Shown: one piece after another, positions 51,600-64,000 of the stretch | How the letters are laid out: each line of letters begins with the position of its first letter | How positions within the stretch are numbered: the stretch's first letter is position 1 | Source of the DNA: Raillietiella orientalis | Lineage: Eukaryota | Assembly (NCBI GenBank): GCA_036172245.1 | Contig: JAYWIR010000036.1 | Span: forward strand, 2,170,001 to 2,234,000 | Reading direction: 5' to 3' | Length of the DNA stretch: 64,000 nucleotides | Program-made: the position numbers and the translations under genes | The notes under the pieces: generated by a model | Databases searched by the model: none | The model's input: only the letters and a program-made list of their open reading frames with translations | Told to the model about the DNA's origin: nothing

Positions 51600-52500
51600 G
51601 TCGCCGCTCTCCGTCCAGGTTCCACCCAACTTCGATGGCGGCGGTGCCCTGCGATGACGACCCTTTCGCTCCTGCAGCTGCCGATGCGGACCTCGGCGAC
51701 TGCACTCGAGAGACCCTTCGAGGTCACCCTCTGGGGTTCCGGCGTCCAGGTCAACAACCCGCAGATGTACAAGATCGTGGCGTTTGGCGCAGGGATGAAC
51801 GCGGGCTGTCCAATCTGGGGATCTTCGTATGCGGGTCCTTTGCTGCCTCGGAGCACCCGTTGACTCAGCTGCACGCGCCTTCCGCGACGGAGGGTTTCCC
51901 GGGAGGGCAACAGCGGCGCGCAGCCCCTTTTCTGGTCCTCCTTTAGCGCTGACCTCGGAGGCTGCCGGAGGCGCGGTCAGACCCTGCGGAGATTTCCACC
52001 GGATCCGAATCGCTACAAGGGGGCTCGATTGCCCCAGACCCGGGAGTGGATCGCGATCTTTCCCCCCCAGGCGGCCCTGATCTAGGACCTTCTTCCAGGT
52101 CCTCGCCCGCGCGACGGCGGGAGCGGCTGAGGACCGCCCCACGTGCTCCGCCTGGCGGGACGCCCCAGGTCGTGACCCTGCAGCAGGGTCACGACCTGGG
52201 GTTATCCTGCCTCCCGCTGAACGGGAACGCGCGGCTGCAGGGATCGCCGGGGAAACGTTGAAAGTCCGACCCCCCCGGTAACGGCGTCACCAACAGCTTG
52301 GGGCGACTTTTCCCCAGCGGGTTCCGGGCTCTGCCAACTGCTTCTCCGAGCCATGCGCACCCTCCCGTGAAGGCGAGGAGAGGAGAGAAGTGAGAGGAGG
52401 AGGAGGATGCGGATGCCGCTGCAGCGAGTGAGGTGAGCTGGTCGAGGAGGTCAGCAAGCCCATCAACGGGAAGTGTTCCGACTGGCGAGAGAAGTCGCGC
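51600..52500 (+). mobile_element. Decayed APE-type endonuclease region of an L1/Tx1-like element
   Basis: Frameshifted motifs in the expected order: LSLLQL (LQE-like), GSGVQV (GVAI-like), LTQLHAPS (NVYAP-like, ~51860), CGDFH (GDFN-like, ~51985), NARLQ (SRID-like). Confidence 0.5.
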
Positions 52501-54049
52501 CCGAGGGCTACGATGAAAGGCCGAGCTGACCGCGGAAACTTCGAGGTCAACGCCCTCTTTTTCGGATCCCACGCGGCGCCATCTTCTCCCGTCCCCCTCC
52601 CTGGCGCGCGCCGGGCCCACCATCGCCCCTCAATAAGGGGGGAGAGCTCCCGCTGCGGGGTCGTGGCAACTCTGCCTCACGAGCTGTTGTGCGGGTCCCG
52701 GAAGACTGAGTCGGAGATGGGCGCGCTTCGCCGCCGGCCGTGCCCAAGCAGCTGGCAACCCTGACGCCTGCAGGGTTGCCAGTTGCTGGCACCCACACCA
52801 TCTGCCGCGCGCGAGCGACGGTGATCTACGAGACGGTTGAGGGACGCACCCACCTCCTCCCTCAAAAAAAAAAGGGAAGAAAAGGGATTTGTTTATTTCA
52901 ATGTATGACCCCCAGCTCACCCGGGTCAGAGCGGATCCTGTCAGTCACCCGTCAGCCACCGTCCGGGCTCTGCGGCGGTTCAGGCTGGGGACCTCGAAGA
53001 CTAGTGGGGTGATATACCAGCCGGGAGGCTCACAATAGGGCAGATCGCAGTTTTGCAGTGAGCTAAGGGGTGGTGGTGGAGTGGTAGACGCACGTGCTTT
53101 TCAGGGCTACCATCGGAGCGGATCCCGTGATCGGGGCGGGTTGGCACCGCAGCACCGAGATGGCGCCTCCAGCCCTTCAGGTTCGTCCGCGTTGCGTCTG
53201 GACAGCCGCACTGGTCCAGCGTGAGTCTCCGCACCCAAGAGGGGGATGGGGGATGGGATGGGAATGCCGTTGGCTCGATTGCGAGGCTGGGGGTGGGATG
53301 GGGTGGATACATGCCTCTTGCCCTGCGAGGAGCTCCCGCCCCTTCTCAGCCGGGAGACACCCCGCGAGTACCCGGTTTTGGCTGCATGGAGACGAGCGAG
53401 AGACTCTCCCTCTTTATCGGGAGAGAGGGACGAGACTGGTCTCTAGGGTATCCCTCCCTCGACGGCGAGGGGCTCCCGCAATCCCCAGGGGCGGAGAAGA
53501 CCTCGGATGGAGCCTCAAGGGACCGGATGGTCCTTCATGGGATCTCTTCGAGATGGCGCTCGGCGGCGAGAGTGCCGGTGGATGGGAGGGGAGGGTGGGC
53601 ACGAGGCTATCGGAACGGAGGCGCGGCCTGCGGCTGGCTGAAAACCTCAGGAGCTCTTTGCGCGGGATCAGCCTGTGGCAGGCGACCGACTACGTGACGC
53701 GTTCTCCATGAGCGCGCCATCTCCCGGGTTGCCCCGAAACTGAAGGGGTGCATCTTCTTTTCCGCGGCAGGCCCGGCGGCCTCGGCCTTTCCTTCCTTTT
53801 CCCTCGTAGCCGCCCTCCGGCACGGCCGGCGGTTCAGCCTCCTGACCTGAGAGCCGATCGGTCGTGCCGTAAGCACCCCAAGGGAAAGCCACCCGAGGGA
53901 GATGGAGCGTCCGATCCATTTCTCTCTCGGATGGGTCGGTCGGTCTGTCGCTCCACCGAGCGCTGGTCCTTCCGGATCGAGCGATGGAGACGCCGCGGGC
54001 ATGTCTGCGAGGACAAGCCAAGGGTGACATAGGCTGGATGCACCTAGGA

Positions 54050-55750
54050 AAACGGCTTCGTACGTCCCGGGCTGCTCGTGACCCGAGAGGGGTCTCAAAG
54101 CGCGAGGGCGCTCCTATGGTGGATGTTGCATCTCCAGGGCGGGAGGGAGGCGCGAGGACCGGAAGGGCAGAATGGTTGGCGGATAGGGTTTCAGCCACCG
54201 GAGGAGAGCCAAGGAGGGTAAGCGGTTCCACAAAGGTCAATTTCGTCTCTTACGAGACCGCTCCTCCCTCCTCGACCCACCAAGGCAGTGGGAGTCTGCC
54301 AGAGTCTGCAGCCCTTCGTTCCCCAGGGCGTTTCCGCGTGCGTCCGTCGATTGTTCGGGACGCAAGGCGGAGCCTGCACCACTCGCCGACGTTCACACTT
54401 CGCAGAGATCCCGTCATTGGGGTCTTTGTGGAGGGCATCTACCATTCTCAACCTTTAACCGAACAGAGATTGCTGGGGGGATCGAAGAGCCCCCAAGTCA
54501 GGTCTTGGAGCAGTGCATCCTCGACAACCCTGACGGGAGAGCCCGGGACGCGAGCAGCAGCTGTCCTCTGACTGCGTGCAGGGGCGCCCATACCTCTTCA
54601 GACCACTGCTGGAGGCCGCGCCAGGAGACCTCGGCGGTTCTCCCGGGGTGGTCCAGCCAGTGGCTGTCCAAGGAGGGACGTCGGAGCTATTATCTTCCTC
54701 TCCCACTCGGATGGTGTCGGAAGCGGGGAAAGAGCGGTGCAGCACCACCGCTGGGTGGTGCCTTCAGGGGAACGCCAGCTTCCTGGATCCTCGGGCGACG
54801 ACCTCGGCGGCCGCTCGGGGAGAAATACTGCCGTGGCTGCGGGGAAACGCCAGCCGCAGAGGTTCCTTCCGGCTTCCTTCTTTGGTCAGGGACCCTCGGG
54901 GCAAGTGTCGGCCGTCCTCTTGGACCACTCCCTCGTTGAGCGACTCCGCGCAGGCGGAGAGACCGCGGCGATGCCTCCTTTAGGTCGAACTGCACCCCCA
55001 AGCTCCTCCTCCCGCGAGCGCAACCCCTGTGGATAAAGGTGTTCCCCTTCTCCTTGATCTGCGGGAGCCTCCCTGAAGCCACTGCTCCTTGCGCGCACTC
55101 GGCCACTCTGCGCCTGTTGCCGGAGAAACCCTCGCGCGCCCTGCTCTGCTGACGACGCGGTCGCGTCTTCGCCGCGACGCGTGACGGCCTGCGTCCAGCC
55201 GCTCGTCCCGGGAAAAACTGTACCTCCACCTGGCCTCGTGCTTACCTCTCCTATAACCACCTCCGTCTGACTGACCCACGGTTCCGCACCATCTCCTCAG
55301 AAACCGCCGAGCCCGATTGAGCGTGGGCGTGGGCGACTGGTTCGGGCTCCGCCTTGTATGCCGACCAATCGACGGAACGCACCGCTGCAGTTGGCGCCAC
55401 TGCCCCTTCCTCCTCCCTCGTAGCCAGCGAAATGAAAACCGCCAGATGACGTCACCCATGGACAGCGGCGAGCGTCTGCACGCCCTGCACCGTTCGGTGT
55501 CCCGCCCTCCCCCTGCTCTGCACACGGAACCGCCTCCGTAGAAAGAGAGACAGCGAGCACCCTGGCGTCCAGGGTGCTCGACGAGGTCAAACAGGTCAAC
55601 TTTCGGCAAATTTATGTGAATTGCCAGCCTTCCTTCGCACCTTAGTCGCCAGCAAGCCGTGTCTCACCACGCTGGTTTCGCGCCTCTTCCCCACACGAGC
55701 TACCACCACCTCACCTCCTCTCAACTGCCGGAGCTGTCGCAGGCCGGGCG
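54050..55750. mobile_element. Further decayed LINE ORF2 fragments on both strands
   Basis: Plus strand ASPGREG and LQPFVPQG resemble RT SPGPDG and QxGFxxGR. Minus strand DVIWRFSFRW..GQWRQLQ resembles GQWRLVQ of copy B. The similarities are weak. Confidence 0.35.
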
Positions 55751-58280
55751 ATCGCAAAATCGGAGATGCCTCGACCCGACGTCCTGCCCCTGAGGGTCTC
55801 GAGACGTGAGAGCGTGGGTTCTTGCGCCCCCTAGTCATCAGAGGATCGCGACGGGTGGTTGGATCGCCAGGGCGAACGCTCTGGTGACCTCAAGCTCCGC
55901 AAGCAATGGGATACTTGGCGTGGTGGTCGCGCGCGCCAGGAGTGGATCGCGGGATGGAGGCCGGAGGCTCGCGAGCCGCTGCTACGGGCGCGTCGTGGAT
56001 CGCGCTGGGGAGCCTCTCGAACCGACCGACCGCCTCGCGGCTGTAGAACCATCTCCGGCCGTTTCCATGGTGCAGATCCGCGTGGACGGCTGGGGAGAGG
56101 CGTGCGGCCGCGGAGCGCTGTGCTGACTCCTACAGCGCGTAGGGTGGTTGGGTGAGGAGGTCACTCCCCTGACTCGAGCGAAAGAGTGGAAATGTTTCCA
56201 TTGTTGCACGAAGGATTGTTGATTGCAAAACAATGCCGCGCTCTCTGCAAATCGCGAAGGAGACACTGCAGATTCGGATACGGCGCCTAGATGAGGTCTT
56301 CGGCAACACCCTCGGGATGATGATTCGGCCAGAGGCATCGGGATCGACGCAGCCACACCCTTCGCAAGCGCGCGGTGACACGGGAGCTGCTGCTCCTCTC
56401 CTGCAGTCCCCTCTTACGAGAGCTGCCGGATGCGACCTCCGTCCTGACTCTGTCGCCGCGGCCGGAGGACTCCCGGGGTGGAGGCAGCTCTACGCCCCAG
56501 GGACCCATCCGGCAGGAGCTCAGCAACTCCTCTCCCTTACCGTCATTTGCGGCCGCGCTGCCGCCGGAGGGACAGGATCAGCATCTCCGGATTGACCTGC
56601 TTGTTCCAATGGTGTGAGGAAACACCTGGAGCTGGTAGCTCGCGCCTCGCATCTTTCCCTTTCCTGGGGGGAGAAAAAGCGGGCAAAAAAGCGATCCCAG
56701 CATGTGCCCGGAAGATGCTGCGCGCCAGCAGAAAAAAGAAACATTTTCAGCGAGAGTCACGTCCCGCACCACGTGGGGCACGGTTCTCCCCGTGAAAAGT
56801 CCTGGGGGTACGCTCGCGAACCGTTGGTCCACTCCTTCTCTCCCTGCTCCCAACAATGGCTGAAACATCCGGGAATCGCATTTGCCGCTCCCAGGAAGCC
56901 CAGGCAACTTCCATGACGTTTGCTGGACCAGCAAGCCGCTCGCCCCTATCCCCGCGCAGTGCATGACGTCACAGGGAGACCTCCCGCTCGTTGTGATTGA
57001 TTCTCCTGCCCCTCCGTGCGGCTTGTTTTAAACTCAGCGGCTCCCCCTCCTCCTGTTTCCCCCTCCTTTTTCGGGGCCCTCCGTCTCTGAGAAGGATAGC
57101 CAAAGAAAACAGGGAAATTTTGAGAAGGCGAGGGGCAGAAGGAAGAGAGAAGGAAGGGAGGAGGAAGAAGATGAGGAAGGGTGGAGGAGGAAGGAGGAAG
57201 GAGAAGGGGGGGGGGAGAAAATTGGAGCGATTCGCATCGTTCGGATTTCTGACGCGGTTCAGGAAGGGAGGGGAGCCGTGGAACGGTCGCTTTCCCGCCA
57301 GTCTTGCTTCCTGCATTGGCTCTCCGGCCGCTCGCAGATCCTCGGGGCGCCACCTGCGGACGGCTGTGCATTCATCCCGGAGAGAGTTCCTTCCATGCAG
57401 ATGGAGGGGGCGAGGAAGAAGAGTAGCGGAGGAAGGAATCAGCGCCTCCAGGCGGCAAAACCACCAAGCGGCGCGAGCTTCTTGTCCTCTTCCCTAAGTG
57501 GCTTCCGAAAGGAGCCGCGGAAGCTGGCGTCCGCGGGTATCTCAGGCCGGCCTGAGGTTGGCAGGAGAAGCTCGGGAATCCTCAGCTCCAGGCGTACCCT
57601 AGAAGAATCTTCCCACTCCCTCTCCATCCCTCGCTGGGGACCGCATCACTCCCGTAGAAGCTAGGCGAGGGGTCGCTCCCGAGGAAGATGACCTCTCGGG
57701 AGGAAGAGGACGTCTGTCCGTCCATCCTCGAGGATCTGCAGCTCCCGGGGGAAAGCGCTGGAAGGAGCCACGGCACTCGGAGGGACCGGCGATTGGCCTT
57801 CGAGCGGTTGCCCAAGATAGAGGAGGGAGGTCGGACGAAGCGGTTTCCGGGAGTTTTACTTCCGCGTGCGGCTGGGTCCCAGAGGTTCCAGGACCAGGTC
57901 GCTGCAAGGGGTCCTGCCTCCTCGGAGACGGAGTCCTCCCCTTCTTCTCAGAGAGAGGCGTCCAGGTCCTCGCAGCTCCCACCGCGAGGGAGGCGCAGAC
58001 ATCTCCTTCGGGCCACGGGGAGAGGGAGTCTCCTCCAGTGGATGCTGGAGGAGGGCCGCCAGTGGAGGAAAGGCGGCGAAGGAGGGAGTTGGCAGACGGT
58101 AAATGGCAGCAAGTGCATCCCTCCGTGTCCTCCAGGATAGCTGCGTCCGGGCGTCCAGAGGATCCTCAGGGGAGGAGGGGAAACCCCGCGGATGGACGCT
58201 CCCGGCTGCATGGGGTCGAGGCTGGAAGGGGGCGGGGTGAGGCGACAGGGCGCGGCGCTTCTTCCGCAGGACCTCCTGCG

Positions 58281-63684
<5,404 letters not shown>

Positions 63685-64000
63685 CTGGAACCATGGGCAC
63701 GTGCGCGCTGGTGCCCGACGGCGCGTGGCAGGCAGGCGGCGGTCATGGCCCGCGCCCTCCTTCCTTCCCACTACGAGATGGGGGAGACCCCGAGGAGGAG
63801 GAGGAGCACCGCACCCGAAGCATACGCGGAGGTGGCGACACGGACTCCTGGACGTTTCGGTCGCGCGGGCGCTCTGCCGCTCCCAGCTGAAATCCGCCTC
63901 GCTCCCGGAGAGGATGAGTCCTCGTCGCTAGGGGACGCCGGCTCTCCTCCTAAGGAAGCCTACAGGCGGAGCGGAATGAGTCAGCAGCACCGCGGAAGCG

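Noticed and set aside
51654..51863. EVTLWG peptide suggesting an RPA-like OB fold (Helitron)
   Set aside because: Neighbouring HAP and GDF motifs fit an APE endonuclease better, and no Rep/helicase motifs were seen.

Overview
Eukaryotic animal genomic DNA, most likely arthropod, with three protein-coding genes, all on the minus strand. (1) The 5' part of a MEP-1-like C2H2 zinc-finger gene (NuRD/Mi-2 partner family) at <1-4241, with a promoter-like motif cluster near 5.0-5.1 kb. (2) A GT31 beta-1,3-galactosyltransferase-family gene with one coding exon (42246-43319). (3) The 3' 14 exons of an NMDA-receptor subunit 2 gene (58281->63684), with all intron phases consistent and a terminal ETVL PDZ motif. 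Between ~5.1 and ~33 kb lies a CpG-rich, microsatellite-rich stretch with no recognisable coding exons but several full CRE palindromes and promoter-like motifs. Blocks ~33-40 kb and ~45-58 kb hold heavily decayed fragments of an L1/Tx1-like non-LTR retrotransposon family in both orientations (endonuclease, RT and CCHC remnants). Most notable: very short introns (39-57 nt), a 25-nt 3'UTR hairpin conserved in structure across three diverged LINE copies, long perfect palindromes with a shared ACCCT/AGGGT core, and sharp CpG-poor/CpG-rich boundaries. I found no clearly supported novel multi-gene system. Most long GC-rich ORFs in the track look like compositional artefacts. All protein assignments come from manual motif recognition, not database searches.
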